This document shows positions 1 to 11,180 of a DNA stretch of 64,000 nucleotides, in pieces. The translations under genes were made by a program, and so were the position numbers. A model generated the notes under the pieces. The model searched no databases and had not been told where the DNA came from. It saw only the letters and a program-made list of their open reading frames with translations. The stretch is from Nitrospirota bacterium (GTDB lineage: Bacteria > Nitrospirota > Nitrospiria > Nitrospirales > Nitrospiraceae): positions 1 to 64,000 of the forward strand of contig CAVPGK010000017.1 in the NCBI GenBank assembly GCA_963703955.1. Direction: 5' to 3'. Position 1 is the first letter of the stretch; the number at the start of each line of letters is the position of its first letter.

Positions 1-2
1 GC

Positions 3-914
3 CTGCTTTCCACCCAACTGCCGGAACTCAACGCCATCGGCGAGGAGCTGAAGGAAGCCTGCCGGCGCCCGCCGGTGAATCTCTGGGGGGAATTATCCGG
101 ACAGGGTCAAGGGTTGAGCGAGCCGTTGGCGCCGACCCTAGCCCGTCATGCGAAGGCGAACGCCTATATGGCGGAGGTCTATACCGATGTGGGTCGATAT
201 GCGCGTGAAGTGCTGAGAGCCGCCGGGTTGGAACAGCCGGCCTCCTGGGGAAACCGGGTCGCGTCTGAGTCCGGCGACCAGGTCGATCTTCTTGAGGCGC
301 ATCATCCCTTGGATGAGCTGGCCGCCACCTTGCTCTATCGGGCCAGTCACGCGCCGTACCGGACACTCCTGGCGGTGGTCGAGGGCTGGACGGAGAAGCA
401 GAAGCAGGAGCTGATCGAAGTGGCCCTTCGGAAGCGAAGTCCGCACGACGAGCTGATCAAAGAGTTCCGCAGCGGCTACGTTTTCATCTTCGACATCCTG
501 ATGGACATCGGAGGGTGGCGGGATCTGCACCGGCACCGCCGCTGCCAGCAGGTCGCGCAAAACTTCACGACCGTCCATGGGTACGATGTGCCTCCGGCGT
601 TCGTCGAGGCCGGGTTGGATCGGGACTATCGCGTCGCAATGGAGGCCGTGAAGACAGACATCGAGCGTCTGCGGACATCCCATCAAGAGGCGGCCTTGTA
701 CGCCATCCCCTTTGGGTTCAAGGTCCGCTGTCTCTTCAAGATGGATTACGCCGAGGCCGAATACATGGCGCGGTTACGCTCCGGCGTGAAAGGCCATTGG
801 TCGTATCGCACCGTCGCCTGGCAGATGAAGCGGAAGGTCGCGGAACGCTATCCGTTTCTCGGTGAACACATCCACGCGACGCCGCCGGAGGAGGAAGATC
901 ACCTGACCCGATAG
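3..914 (+). CDS. thyX: FAD-dependent thymidylate synthase (ThyX-like), C-terminal part; truncated by window edge
   Basis: Frame open from base 3; ThyX-type motif WRDLHRHRR followed by ALYAIPFG...YMARLRS...GHWSYR. Confidence 0.75.
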   Translation: MLSTQLPELNAIGEELKEACRRPPVNLWGELSGQGQGLSEPLAPTLARHAKANAYMAEVYTDVGRYAREVLRAAGLEQPASWGNRVASESGDQVDLLEAHHPLDELAATLLYRASHAPYRTLLAVVEGWTEKQKQELIEVALRKRSPHDELIKEFRSGYVFIFDILMDIGGWRDLHRHRRCQQVAQNFTTVHGYDVPPAFVEAGLDRDYRVAMEAVKTDIERLRTSHQEAALYAIPFGFKVRCLFKMDYAEAEYMARLRSGVKGHWSYRTVAWQMKRKVAERYPFLGEHIHATPPEEEDHLTR

Positions 915-936
915 GCTTCTTGACCCGAGTCGGCCC

Positions 937-2004
937 TTGCATTCGTCACCGAAATTACGAGGCGCGATCTGCGGACTAGCCGCCGCGGCTCTGTTTGGTG
1001 TCAGTCCTCCGCTGACGAAACTCTTGCTCGCCGAAGCGAGCCCGCTGGTCCTGGCTGGTCTGCTCTACACAGGGGCGGGCCTCGGACTCCTGGTCTTTGA
1101 ATTCTTCTCGAACCGGGCATCGGAGACCTATCCCCGTGAGGCCGCCGTGCGGGGGGCAGATCTGTGGCTGCTGGCCGGGATCACCGTTCTCGGCGGGATC
1201 GTGGGGCCGGTCTGCATGCTGTGGGGGCTTCAGCGCCTGTCTGCGGTTCTCGGCTCCTTGCTTCTGAATTTGGAGGCACCCTTTACGATTCTCCTGGCGG
1301 TCATCTTGTTTCGAGAGCATATGGGGCGCCAGGAAACGGCCGGCGCTATCCTGATCTTCGCTGCGGCCGCGGTCCTCGGCTACCACCCCGAAGACGTGCA
1401 GGCCGATCTCGTGGGCCTCTTGGCGATCGTCGGGGCCTGTCTGAGTTGGGCGCTTGATAATAATCTCACCCAGCGCCTGTCTCTTCGTGACCCGCTCGCC
1501 GTGACTCGGATCAAGGCCTTGGGTGCCGGCCTCTGCGCCCTGGCGCTGGCCGGCATCGGTGGCGAGAGCCTTCCACATCCGTCGATCATGTTCGTAACCA
1601 TGTCCCTCGGCCTCCTCAGTTTTGGTCTGAGCCTCATCCTGGACCTATATGCGCTTCGGCTGATCGGAGCGGCTCGAGAAGCCGGATTCTTTGCGACGGC
1701 GCCCTTCATCGGCGCGGTCGCCGCCGTGCCGTTACTGGGCGAGCGATGGGGACTGGGAGAGGTTCTTGCGACCGCCCTGATGGCGATGGGCGTGGTTCTG
1801 CTCGTCCGAGAGCATCATGCTCATGACCACACTCATCAGGTGCTGGAGCACGATCATGCCCACGTCCATCGCGATCATCATGAGCACGAACATGCCGGCA
1901 AGGACGAGATAGTCGAACCGCACGCTCATCATCACAGGCATCTGCCCATCACGCACGATCATCCGCATGTCTCCGAGCTCCATCATCGCCACGAGCACGG
2001 GTAG
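937..2004 (+). CDS. DMT/EamA family transporter with His-rich C-terminal tail
   Basis: About 10 hydrophobic segments, LLNLEAPFT and DNNLT motifs; 25 His in the last ~64 aa. Confidence 0.85.
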   Translation: MHSSPKLRGAICGLAAAALFGVSPPLTKLLLAEASPLVLAGLLYTGAGLGLLVFEFFSNRASETYPREAAVRGADLWLLAGITVLGGIVGPVCMLWGLQRLSAVLGSLLLNLEAPFTILLAVILFREHMGRQETAGAILIFAAAAVLGYHPEDVQADLVGLLAIVGACLSWALDNNLTQRLSLRDPLAVTRIKALGAGLCALALAGIGGESLPHPSIMFVTMSLGLLSFGLSLILDLYALRLIGAAREAGFFATAPFIGAVAAVPLLGERWGLGEVLATALMAMGVVLLVREHHAHDHTHQVLEHDHAHVHRDHHEHEHAGKDEIVEPHAHHHRHLPITHDHPHVSELHHRHEHG

Positions 2005-2075
2005 CCGCGATGGCAGGGATAGCCCGCCCATGAGACCGTCTTTCCTAACCGAGCGACCATTGTTATACTGACGCC

Positions 2076-2570
2076 ATGAAAAGCCGTCTGACAATCGCCG
2101 GCCATCCCCTCCATCCGATGGTCGTCGCGTTTCCGATCGCACTGTACAGCACCGCCCTGGTCTGTGACGCGCTCTATCTCATCACGCAGGGGGCCTTCTG
2201 GTTCAAGATGGCGTTCTGGACGATTGCCTTTGGGGTGATCACCCATGTCGGCGCGGCGGCAACCGGGCTGCCTGATTTTCTCGCGATCATGCGCGAACGG
2301 ACTGAGGCGCGGCGCCCGGCGACCTCCCATCTTGTGTTCGGGGTCAGCCTGCTGGTGATTCAAGGGCTGAACTTGGCCTTGCGAAACGGCGGAGAGGTCC
2401 CCGCGGGTGTATCAATGACCTTACCCTTCCTCGTGAATGTGGTAGGGGCGGGGCTGCTCGGCGTGCAGGGTTGGTATGGAGGCGAATTGGTCTACCGCCA
2501 CCTCGTCGGGGTCGACCTCCCGGATCAGAAAGTGGACAACGTGCATGGGAAGAAGGGAAAGAAGCACTAA
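2076..2570 (+). CDS. DUF2231-type membrane protein
   Basis: GHPLHPMVVAFPI N-terminus, four TM segments, GWYGGELVY C-terminal motif. Confidence 0.8.
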   Translation: MKSRLTIAGHPLHPMVVAFPIALYSTALVCDALYLITQGAFWFKMAFWTIAFGVITHVGAAATGLPDFLAIMRERTEARRPATSHLVFGVSLLVIQGLNLALRNGGEVPAGVSMTLPFLVNVVGAGLLGVQGWYGGELVYRHLVGVDLPDQKVDNVHGKKGKKH

Positions 2571-2708
2571 CCCTGGGAGAAGAGCTGGCCTTGGCCAGCT
2601 CGGGGTGGGCGGGTGAGAATCGGGAGCCGCGTTCCCCGGGACAAGAGCTGGTCTCGGCCAGCTCAGGGCGGGCCGGGTGAGAAAGACGGCTGGGGTGGGC
2701 GGGTGAAA
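2571..2708. repeat. Two full and one partial REP-like hairpin units
   Basis: GAGCTGGCC-TT-GGCCAGCTC (2582-2601) and GAGCTGGTC-TC-GGCCAGCTC, each followed by a GGG(T/C)GGGC(C)GGGTGAGAA tail; reverse-complement units at 4671-4712 and 4757-4803. Confidence 0.75.
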
Positions 2709-3740
2709 ATGGACGACGTCGACCTTATTCAGGATGCGATCGTGCGCGGGGACTGGTCCGCGGTTTGGGATCGAGCCACGGCATGGGCGCGCGCATTGGG
2801 ACCCGTGCGGGACCCGCGGCCGTCTTTTGCCTTAAACGTCGTCCAGCTGATCCGAGGAGAATTTGGCGCCGCTTGGAAGACCCATGCGCGGTCGTTGCAG
2901 GAGGCGGAGGATATCGAGAAGATCAGAGTGTGGACCGACGGGATGCTGAAGGCGCATCCGGAAAGCGCGCCGGCACAACTCGTCGCGGGGCTCTTTCTCG
3001 CGCAGTCCGGTCAATCCGAGCTGTCGGTGAACCGGTACAAGGAGGCGATCCTCCTGGACCCCCGCGCGGCACACCCGCATTATTTTCTCGCCCAGATTTA
3101 TGAACGGTCGGACCGAATGGAAATGGCGATCAAGGAGTATCGCGAGGCTGTGAAGCTGGACCCGTCGTATGGGGCCGCCAGGACAAATCTGGGGGTGGCC
3201 TATCAACATCAGGCTCAGTTGGAGATGGCGATTCCGCAATACCGCGAGGTGATCAAGCTGAATCCGATTGATCCTGTCGCGCACGCCAACCTTGCCAGCG
3301 CGCTGGCCGAGCAGGGTAAAATCGAATCCGCCATCGTGGAATATAAGGAAGCACTCCGCCTCAATCCGAATGATGCCGAGGTCCACTTTGCCCTGGGTGT
3401 CGTGTACCAAAACAAGAATCGCATTAACCTCGCGATCAAAGAATATCAAGCGGCCTTGGAGGCGGAGCCGAACTTCGCGCCCGCGGAAACGGCGCTTGGC
3501 TGGATTCTCTTCGAAGGCGGCAACAAGCGGGAGGCAATGGATCGGTTTAATCGCGCGCTGAAGGGCAATCCCGAAGATGGCCAAGCGTATTACGGTCTCG
3601 CGAGAATTTATGCCGAACGCGGCAAGCCGGAAACGGCGGTCGAGCTCTACAACAAGGCCCTCAAGTTCGAAAGGGATCCCGACAAGAAGAACGAGATGAT
3701 GCCGTATGTGTTTAAGGCGGGGGGAAGCATGGATGTGTAA
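2709..3740 (+). CDS. Tetratricopeptide repeat protein
   Basis: Seven or more 34-aa TPR units (A..NLG.AY...G..E.AI..Y..A..L.P); ATG 2709 chosen because the upstream ORF extension is the repeat region. Confidence 0.9.
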   Translation: MDDVDLIQDAIVRGDWSAVWDRATAWARALGPVRDPRPSFALNVVQLIRGEFGAAWKTHARSLQEAEDIEKIRVWTDGMLKAHPESAPAQLVAGLFLAQSGQSELSVNRYKEAILLDPRAAHPHYFLAQIYERSDRMEMAIKEYREAVKLDPSYGAARTNLGVAYQHQAQLEMAIPQYREVIKLNPIDPVAHANLASALAEQGKIESAIVEYKEALRLNPNDAEVHFALGVVYQNKNRINLAIKEYQAALEAEPNFAPAETALGWILFEGGNKREAMDRFNRALKGNPEDGQAYYGLARIYAERGKPETAVELYNKALKFERDPDKKNEMMPYVFKAGGSMDV

Positions 3741-3793
3741 GAGGGAAGCGGGTCGTGTCGATCCAGTGCTCCCAAAGCGCGCACTGGTCTCCC

Positions 3794-4474
3794 TCAGACG
3801 AAAAAGAGATGGATTGTTTTTCGGATGAGAAGAAAAAATAGCAAGATGGTGCCCGCCATGAAAAAGAAACCAGAGGCATAGATAGCCGCTGGGTATTTTG
3901 TCCGAGCTTCCTCGAACTTTTTTGTTAAGAAGGGTTGGATGCATCGTGGATAAGCCCACTCGATGAGACTGTTCAAATTCTCCTGAATTTCTTTCCTATC
4001 TTCGGTCCTTGACGTTGGGTCGCTGAAAAGGTTGTCGAGTTTTTGCCTCAACAGGATCAGATTGTTCCTCACGTCCGTCTGTGAGTCCCCAAGATGAGCG
4101 AGCGCGATATCGTATTTCCTATCTGGATAGGCTCGCTCGTAGATGTCCTGAGCAGCGTCAACATACGCAAGTTCTGTCTCATGATTTTTTATGATCGTGG
4201 GGCAGAAATAATGGTAGAGAGCGATTCCTACGGCATAGCATAGACTGGAGATGTACAAGAGCTTAAAGGTAAACGGAAAGGTCAGAGTGATGTCAAAGGG
4301 TATCTTGAAAAGAGTGCGAAGCATTACTTCGTAGGCCTGCGCAAACAGCGGCAGACCAATGATGACAACGTAGGCAAGATTAAAGTACTTAACCCGCCCG
4401 AAGTTTCTTACTGTAAGCCAATCAATCTTTCTCATTTTGTTGTTACCGCTGAGTGACTTCATTCCAAAACCCAT
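3794..4474 (-). CDS. Hypothetical membrane protein, AT-rich relative to neighbours
   Basis: 226-aa ORF, two N-terminal and one C-terminal TM segment, atypical composition. Confidence 0.65.
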   Translation of the reverse strand: MGFGMKSLSGNNKMRKIDWLTVRNFGRVKYFNLAYVVIIGLPLFAQAYEVMLRTLFKIPFDITLTFPFTFKLLYISSLCYAVGIALYHYFCPTIIKNHETELAYVDAAQDIYERAYPDRKYDIALAHLGDSQTDVRNNLILLRQKLDNLFSDPTSRTEDRKEIQENLNSLIEWAYPRCIQPFLTKKFEEARTKYPAAIYASGFFFMAGTILLFFLLIRKTIHLFFV

Positions 4475-4651
4475 CGCAAAATGTCGGTTTTGACGGGGAG
4501 AAGATACATCAATCCCTTTAAAAAATCGACTTCTAGAGAAATGTGTGTGATGAGGCTGACGGGTCTTCGTTGAGGATTGGTTCGAGCCGAGAAGAAGGGT
4601 GGATGCTTTTTCAGTTGCCGGGAGGCTGCCCCAGGCGCGCCAGGACCAGGG

Positions 4652-4861
4652 CGCTCAAAACGACCCATCACACCCGCCCACCCCAGGCGCGCTAAGACGC
4701 GCCCCATCCCGTGGCGCGACCGCAGGTGAAGCCAAAGCCGGAGGCGTAGCAACACTCTCACCCGCCCAGCCCCGAGCCGGCCTAGACCGGCTCTTTTCCC
4801 GGGCGGGGTACGTTGAGGGACTTTGACGAGCCGAGAACAAAGTTGGGGGTCGTTTTCAGCG
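4652..4861. mobile_element. MITE-like non-autonomous element containing two REP-like hairpins
   Basis: 15-bp terminal inverted repeats with 1 mismatch: CGCTCAAAACGACCC (4652-4666) / GGGTCGTTTTCAGCG (4847-4861); degenerate second right end at 4568-4614. Confidence 0.6.
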
Positions 4862-4866
4862 GCCGA

Positions 4867-5136
4867 TCAGAGGTCGCGGATGGCGCCTTGCAACACCGTC
4901 ACTTGCGTCACGGGATCGCCGGCGCGTTTGAGCTCGCCGCGAATCTGTTCCTTCAGGTAGGAAGAATACCCGATCTTCTGAACGAGCAAGTCGAGGAAGC
5001 GTTCGGGAGGCAAGAGGGTTTGGGTCTTGAGTTCGACGATCGTCTCATCGCTAACCGGCACGTAGGTGCTGCCGATGTGCATGACGACGTTGTAATACCG
5101 TCCGGTTCCAATCCGCTCCAACCGCAAGCCTTTCAC
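4867..5136 (-). CDS. Conserved-looking hypothetical protein (89 aa)
   Basis: GTG start with GGGAG RBS, host-like codon usage. Confidence 0.7.
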   Translation of the reverse strand: MKGLRLERIGTGRYYNVVMHIGSTYVPVSDETIVELKTQTLLPPERFLDLLVQKIGYSSYLKEQIRGELKRAGDPVTQVTVLQGAIRDL

Positions 5137-5282
5137 AACTCCCTCATAATATTATCTTGTGCGCTGCGCATTGTAGACAAATTCCCGCGGCGAACACAAG
5201 GAGCTTGTCAGACGCTCAACCCGGCGTCGGTTCGCTCCTACGGGGGTTGAATGACCAATACCGAGCACGCGATAATAATCAG

Positions 5283-6765
5283 ATGCGAAAGTCACTGAAA
5301 CTCGAGGAACTGTCGTTCGATAACACTTACGCGCGCCTCCCGGAAGTGTTTTACTCTCGACTCAATCCGACACCATTTCAGGAGCCGGCGTATCTGGTCA
5401 GCGCTAATCCTGACGCGGCGGCGCTCATCGATCTGGACCCGGATGAACTGAGGCGGCCTGAGTTCGTTGAATATTTTAGCGGAGCCCGGCTGCTGCCCGG
5501 GGTCGGATCCTGTGGCGATGTTGTATTCCGGGCATCAGTTCGGCGTCTATGTGAGCCGACTGGGGGACGGGCGGGCGATCTTACTCGGTGAGGCGCGCAA
5601 TCTGGCCGGTGAGAAATGGGATCTGCATCTGAAAGGGGCAGGCCTGACGCCGTTCTCGCGTGACGGGGATGGACGTGCTGTCTTGCGGTCGACGATTCGG
5701 GAATATCTCTGCGGCGAAGCCATGCACGGCTTGAGCATTCCGACCACGCGGGCCCTCTGCATCATCGGGAGCGAGGAGAAAGTCCGGCGGGAGTCGATTG
5801 AGACCGGTGCCATGCTGGTCCGCATGGCGCCCACGCACGTGCGATTCGGCTCGTTCGAAGTGTTCTACTACCGTCGCCAGTACGAGCACGTGGCTCGGTT
5901 GGCCGACTACGTCATCGAGCAATACTTCCCGCATCTCAGCGGTGTCGTAGACCGCTATGTGCGATTGTTCGCCGAGGTCGTCGCCCGGACGACCGAACTC
6001 ATGGCCGCATGGCAAGCCGTCGGCTTCGCCCACGGCGTCATGAACACCGACAACATGTCGGTCTTGGGCCTCACATTAGACTACGGGCCGTTTGGGTTTA
6101 TGGATGACTACGATCCCGGGTTCGTCTGTAATCATTCCGATCATCACGGTCGTTACGCCTTTCATCAGCAGCCGTACATCGGCCTGTGGAATTTGAGTTG
6201 CCTCGCGCAGGCGCTCTTGCCGCTCGCTTCGCAGGAACCGCTGAAGGCCGCGCTCGACACCTATCAATCAAGCCTGAACGCGCGGTACACGGACCTCATG
6301 TGTGAGAAATTGGGTCTGCGGCAACGCCTCTCCGCCGACGGGGATCTGGTGACCGATCTGTTGAGCATTCTGCAGGCCAACCGCGTAGACTACACGAACT
6401 TCTTCCGCGCCTTGGGCACTTTCCAAACAGCGACCGATGCTGCGAATGAACCACTCCGAAATTTCTTTGTGGATCGAGGCAGGTTCGACGCGTGGGCGAT
6501 TCGTTACCGGGAGCGTCTACGTGGAGAAGGCAGTGGTGATGCCGAGCGAAAGATACGCATGAATCGAGTCAACCCCAAATACGTGCTACGCAATTATCTC
6601 GCTCAGAATGCCATCGCGCTGGCCGTTGAGAAAAGGGATTACTCCGAGATCGACCGCCTGCTCGACCTGCTGCGCGATCCCTTCGCCGAGCGGCCGGAGA
6701 TGGAAAAATATGCCGCCGCTCCGCCGAATTGGGGGAAGCAGATCATAGTCAGTTGCTCCTCATAA
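5283..6765 (+). CDS. selO: Protein adenylyltransferase SelO (YdiU/UPF0061); one frameshift near 5500
   Basis: YSGHQFG..LGDGRA, LKGAG.TPFSR.GDGRAVLRS.IRE, HGVMNTDN, C-terminal SCSS; N-terminus MRKSLKL...LLPG is in the adjacent frame, joined at CCCGGGG. Confidence 0.92.
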
Positions 6766-6807
6766 TAGTGCAATTCCCGGTTTCGTGCGACAAAGGTAGG
6801 ACTGAGT

Positions 6808-7431
6808 TCAAGGTCGTAGATCAAGAAACAGCCACGGCGCGTCGGCTTTGCGCTTCGCCTCGTACGCGCTAATTGTCTGTTCGTGCTGCAGGCTCAGGCC
6901 TATGGAGTCGAGGCCCTTGAAGAGGCAGTCCTTGCGAAAGGGATCGACCTCAAATCGATAGGGCGTGCCTTCCGGCGTCGTCACGGTCTGCGCGGCTAGG
7001 TCCACGGTCAGGTGGTACCCTTCCTTGGCGGAGACACCCTGAAAGAGCGCCTGCACCTCGCTTGCCCCCAGGACGACCGGCAGCATGCCGTTCTGGAAGC
7101 AGTTGTTGTAAAAAATGTCCGCAAAGCTCGGTGCGATGACACACCGAAAGCCTTGGTCGAGGAGTGCCCATGGCGCATGCTCGCGCGATGAGCCAGACCC
7201 GAAGTTGTCACGGGTCAGCAGAATTGTCGCGCGCTGATAGCGGGCTTGATTCAAGAAGAAGTCAGGGTCCGGCGAGCCGTCTTTCCGTTTCCGCCAGTCG
7301 AAAAACAAGCCCTCACGCAGGCCGGTGCGTTTGATCGTTTTGAGAAATTGCTTAGGGATGATCTGGTCGGTATCCACATTGACCCGATCGAGCGGAGCGA
7401 CGAGCCCTTCTAATTTGGTAAATGGTTCCAT
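6808..7431 (-). CDS. leuD: 3-isopropylmalate dehydratase small subunit
   Basis: [37 protein letters not shown]. Confidence 0.97.
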   Translation of the reverse strand: MEPFTKLEGLVAPLDRVNVDTDQIIPKQFLKTIKRTGLREGLFFDWRKRKDGSPDPDFFLNQARYQRATILLTRDNFGSGSSREHAPWALLDQGFRCVIAPSFADIFYNNCFQNGMLPVVLGASEVQALFQGVSAKEGYHLTVDLAAQTVTTPEGTPYRFEVDPFRKDCLFKGLDSIGLSLQHEQTISAYEAKRKADAPWLFLDLRP

Positions 7432-7504
7432 ATGAAATTTGTTGATCTGTTGATCTGATGATTTGGCGATTGCTTCTTAGATGAAAAATCTATCAATCGA
7501 CAAG

Positions 7505-8905
7505 TTACGGCCAGTGGCGGATGTCGACGAAGTGACCTTCCACCGCCGCCGCAACGGCCATCACGGGTGAAACCAGATGGGTGCGCCCGCCTTTCCCTTG
7601 GCGCCCTTCGAAGTTCCGGTTGCTGGTCGAGGCGCAGCGCTCACCCGGCTGCAGCACATCGGCGTTCATGGCCAGACACATGCTGCATCCCGCTTCCCGC
7701 CATTCGAACCCGGCTTCTTTGAAGATGGCGTCGAGCCCTTCCTCTTCCGCCTGCTTCTTGACGAGCCCAGAGCCCGGGACGACCAAGGCGTGCACGTTGG
7801 GGGCGACCTTCTTGCCTTTGGCGAACTGGGCCGCCAAGCGAAGGTCTTCAATTCGGGAGTTCGTGCACGAGCCGATGAACACTTTGTCGAGCGTGATTTT
7901 CGTGATGGGTGTCCCGGGAGTCAGCGCCATGTACTCCAACGCGTGCTGCGTCGCATGGCGGGATTTGTCATCCAGCATCTCACGCGGATCCGGCACCTTG
8001 CCGTCAACGCTCGTGACCATGCCGGGGTTGGTGCCCCATGTCACCTGCGGGGCGATCTCCTCGGCGCGCAGGTCCACGGCCTTGTCATAGGTCGCGCTGG
8101 GATCGGTCACGAGCTGCCGCCAGGCGTTCACGGCGCGATCGAACAGTTCGCCTTTGGGCGCCATCGGCCGGCCTTTGATGTATGCAATGGTCGTGTCATC
8201 GGGCGCGAGCATGCCTGCGCGGGCTCCGGCTTCGATCGACATATTGCAGAGCGTCATGCGTCCTTCCATCGACAGAGCGCGAATGGCGGAACCGGCATAC
8301 TCGATCACATGGCCCGTGCCCCCGGCCGTCCCGACCTTCCCGATGATCGCCAAAATGATGTCCTTTGCGGAACACCAGTCGGAGAGCGTGCCCTCCACCC
8401 GCACCACCATGGTCTTGGGCCGGGTCTGCAACAAGCATTGGGTCGCGAGCACGTGCTCGACTTCGCTCGTGCCGATGCCGAAGGCCAGCGCGCCGAAGGC
8501 GCCATGCGTGGAGGTATGCGAGTCGCCGCAAACGATCGTCATCCCCGGAAGCGTGAAGCCTTGCTCCGGGCCGATCACGTGCACGATGCCTTGCCGGACA
8601 TCGTTCATGCCGAACAGAGTAACGCCGAATTCCTTGCAGTTCTCTTCCAGCGTGCGAATCTGGGTCGCGCTGACCTCGTCAACAATGGGCAACCGCCGAT
8701 CCGTGGTGGGCACATTGTGGTCCGGCACGGCAAGAACGGCCCCTGGCCGTCGAGGTCTTCGCCCGGCCAGCCTGAGCCCTTCAAAGGCTTGTGGGGATGT
8801 CACCTCGTGCACGAGGTGACGATCGACATACAGCAGCGTCGTGCCGGCTGCCTCACGGACGACGTGTGAGTCCCAGATTTTATCGAATAGCGTCTTTGTA
8901 GCCAT
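7505..8905 (-). CDS. leuC: 3-isopropylmalate dehydratase large subunit
   Basis: [47 protein letters not shown]. Confidence 0.98.
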   Translation of the reverse strand: MATKTLFDKIWDSHVVREAAGTTLLYVDRHLVHEVTSPQAFEGLRLAGRRPRRPGAVLAVPDHNVPTTDRRLPIVDEVSATQIRTLEENCKEFGVTLFGMNDVRQGIVHVIGPEQGFTLPGMTIVCGDSHTSTHGAFGALAFGIGTSEVEHVLATQCLLQTRPKTMVVRVEGTLSDWCSAKDIILAIIGKVGTAGGTGHVIEYAGSAIRALSMEGRMTLCNMSIEAGARAGMLAPDDTTIAYIKGRPMAPKGELFDRAVNAWRQLVTDPSATYDKAVDLRAEEIAPQVTWGTNPGMVTSVDGKVPDPREMLDDKSRHATQHALEYMALTPGTPITKITLDKVFIGSCTNSRIEDLRLAAQFAKGKKVAPNVHALVVPGSGLVKKQAEEEGLDAIFKEAGFEWREAGCSMCLAMNADVLQPGERCASTSNRNFEGRQGKGGRTHLVSPVMAVAAAVEGHFVDIRHWP

Positions 8906-9022
8906 GGTGTTCTCTGACCGTGGTGAGAGGCTGTCATTATAGCAACTTCGAGTTGTGATGTGAAAGCAGGATAAGGGATAGGCGTACCGATCAGGTCCTG
9001 CGAGATGAAGGGAACGAATTCG

Positions 9023-10528
9023 TCATTCGACCTTCCACCATTTACGCCCATCGCGTTCGAGCAATTCATCTGCCTCACGAGGTCCCCAAGTCCCGGCTTG
9101 ATACATCGCCAACCCGTCCGGCGGGAGGGATTCCCAGACGTCCAGGATCGGCTGAACCGTCTTCCATCCCACTTCCACCGTATCGGCGCGTTGGAACAGG
9201 GTGGCATCGCCGGCGAGGCAATCGTACAGCAGCGTTTCGTATCCGGTGGTGGTCGCTCCGCCGAAGTATTTGCAGTATTGGAAATCCATGTCCACGGTCC
9301 CGACTTTGAGGCGAGGGCCGGGAACCTTCGCATCAAAGCGCAGCGAGATCCCTTCATCCGGCTGAATCCGGATGACCAACACGTTCGGCGCGATATGTTC
9401 AACCGCCGTCTTGCGGAACAGCATGAACGGAGCAGGTTTGAACTGAACGACGATTTCCGTGGCACGCTTCGCCAGACGTTTTCCCGTTCGCAGGTAGAAC
9501 GGCACGCCCGCCCACCGCCAGCTGTCGATGAACAGCTTCATGGCCACGAAGGTTTCAGTGTTGGAATGAGGGCGCACGTCCGGCTCCTCCCGGTACGCCG
9601 GTACACGCTGACCTCCGATGACGCCTGAACTGTATTGCCCGGCGACGGTGGACCGGAGCACTTCAATGGGGTTCAGCAGCAGGATGGCGCGAAGGACCTT
9701 CACTTTTTCATCGCGCACCGCGTCAGCGGCAAAGGAATTCGGTGGCTCCATCGCAATGAATGACAAGAGCTGCAACAGATGGTTGGGAACCATGTCCCGC
9801 AGCGCCCCCGCTTGGTCATAATACTGGCCGCGGTGCTCGACGCCGATGCTTTCCGCGACCGTGATCTGCACGTGGTCGATGTAGCGGCGGTTCCATAGCG
9901 GCTCGAAAATGCCGTTGGCAAACCTGAAGACCAAAATGTTCTGGACTGTTTCCTTCCCGAGATAGTGGTCGATGCGATAGATCTGGTTTTCATCGAGCAC
10001 CTGCTGTAACTCCTGGTTCAGGGCCCGCGCGGACGCCAGATCATGGCCGAATGGCTTCTCGATCACCACGCGACGCCAGGCGCCGTCCCGCTGGTTGGTT
10101 AGGCCGCAGGCGCCAAGGTGACGGACGATTTCTGAAAAAAAGGTTGGGGCGGTGGCCAGATAGAACAGATAACTGGAGCCGGTGCCGTGCTTCGCGGACA
10201 CCTCCGCGAGAGACTTTTGGAGATTCAGGTACGCCTGCGGATCCCGAAAATCCCCGGTCACGTAATAGATCCGTTCACTCAGCCACTTCCACAGGCTGTC
10301 GTCAACACGGGTCGTGGCGTACCGGCGAATGTCGTCGCTGAGCCTCCGACGGAATTCGTCCGTCGTCATCTCCGTGCGGGCAAACCCGACCACGGCGAGC
10401 TCGCTCGGAAGGTATTGGCCTGCCGCCAGATTGTAGAGAGACGGGATCAGTTTGCGCTTCGTCAGGTCGCCGTCGGCGCCGAAGACGACCATAATGCTCG
10501 GGGTCGGTGTGGGGATCGGTGTAGACAT
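9023..10528 (-). CDS. zwf: Glucose-6-phosphate 1-dehydrogenase
   Basis: [31 protein letters not shown]; start placed at ATG 10528. Confidence 0.96.
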   Translation of the reverse strand: MSTPIPTPTPSIMVVFGADGDLTKRKLIPSLYNLAAGQYLPSELAVVGFARTEMTTDEFRRRLSDDIRRYATTRVDDSLWKWLSERIYYVTGDFRDPQAYLNLQKSLAEVSAKHGTGSSYLFYLATAPTFFSEIVRHLGACGLTNQRDGAWRRVVIEKPFGHDLASARALNQELQQVLDENQIYRIDHYLGKETVQNILVFRFANGIFEPLWNRRYIDHVQITVAESIGVEHRGQYYDQAGALRDMVPNHLLQLLSFIAMEPPNSFAADAVRDEKVKVLRAILLLNPIEVLRSTVAGQYSSGVIGGQRVPAYREEPDVRPHSNTETFVAMKLFIDSWRWAGVPFYLRTGKRLAKRATEIVVQFKPAPFMLFRKTAVEHIAPNVLVIRIQPDEGISLRFDAKVPGPRLKVGTVDMDFQYCKYFGGATTTGYETLLYDCLAGDATLFQRADTVEVGWKTVQPILDVWESLPPDGLAMYQAGTWGPREADELLERDGRKWWKVE

Positions 10529-10674
10529 TGAGCAATCCTTGTCGGCGGTCACATCGTCATCATCGATTTTATCAGGATTTCTTGGCTGCTGCAGAGGTGA
10601 GACAGAGACGCCGTCCACAGACCGTACCTCGCCCGCAAACGGGTTACCTGCTCTACGCATTCATGAATGAAGCA

Positions 10675-11133
10675 TCAACGAGTGCACAGTTTCGAGAAGC
10701 AGATCATGTCCATGCGGTTGTAATGGTCGGGCATCAGCGATTCCGGCCGATAGCCCAGGGTCAAGAACATGGCGATGTTGCGTGACGTTCGCAGCATCGT
10801 GCAGACATATAATTTGTGGGCGTCACTGACCAGTTTTTCCACTTCCTGCATCAACGCCTTGCCGATACCTTTGCCTTGATAGTCCGGATGCACGGACAGG
10901 AGCCGAATCACACACACGCCGCCCACGGTCCAGAAGCGCACGGAGCCGACCACGGCCCCGTCCCATTCCGCCGCGAGAATCCTCTTCTCCTGGGCGTCCC
11001 GCTTGAGATTGTCCAACGTCTCGGTCGTCCACCCGCTCGCCTTGTAGATCCCGGCATACTCGCCGAAGGCAAGGCGCTGGACATCTAAGATTGCTGGGAA
11101 ATCCTGCTCGGTCGCTGGCCTGATGTTCAGCAT
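10675..11133 (-). CDS. GNAT family N-acetyltransferase
   Basis: LSVHPDYQGKGIGKALM acetyl-CoA-binding motif A. Confidence 0.9.
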   Translation of the reverse strand: MLNIRPATEQDFPAILDVQRLAFGEYAGIYKASGWTTETLDNLKRDAQEKRILAAEWDGAVVGSVRFWTVGGVCVIRLLSVHPDYQGKGIGKALMQEVEKLVSDAHKLYVCTMLRTSRNIAMFLTLGYRPESLMPDHYNRMDMICFSKLCTR

Positions 11134-11180
11134 GGGTCCCACTCATAGCGAGTTGGACGGCTTGGGAAAACCATCCACTT

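Noticed and set aside
2613..2708. N-terminal ORF extensions of the TPR gene (also zwf 10529-10660, OmpA gene 23755-23952, permease 20381-20518)
   Set aside because: They run through repeats, promoters or neighbouring genes; better starts with RBS or stop-start overlap lie downstream.
6750..6768. Selenocysteine at the SelO C-terminus
   Set aside because: Ends SCSS-TAA-TAA with no in-frame TGA.
7577..8869. Long antisense ORFs (e.g. 7577-8869, 2832-3959, 37332-38144, 58685-59449)
   Set aside because: Shadow ORFs opposite well-supported genes in GC-rich DNA.
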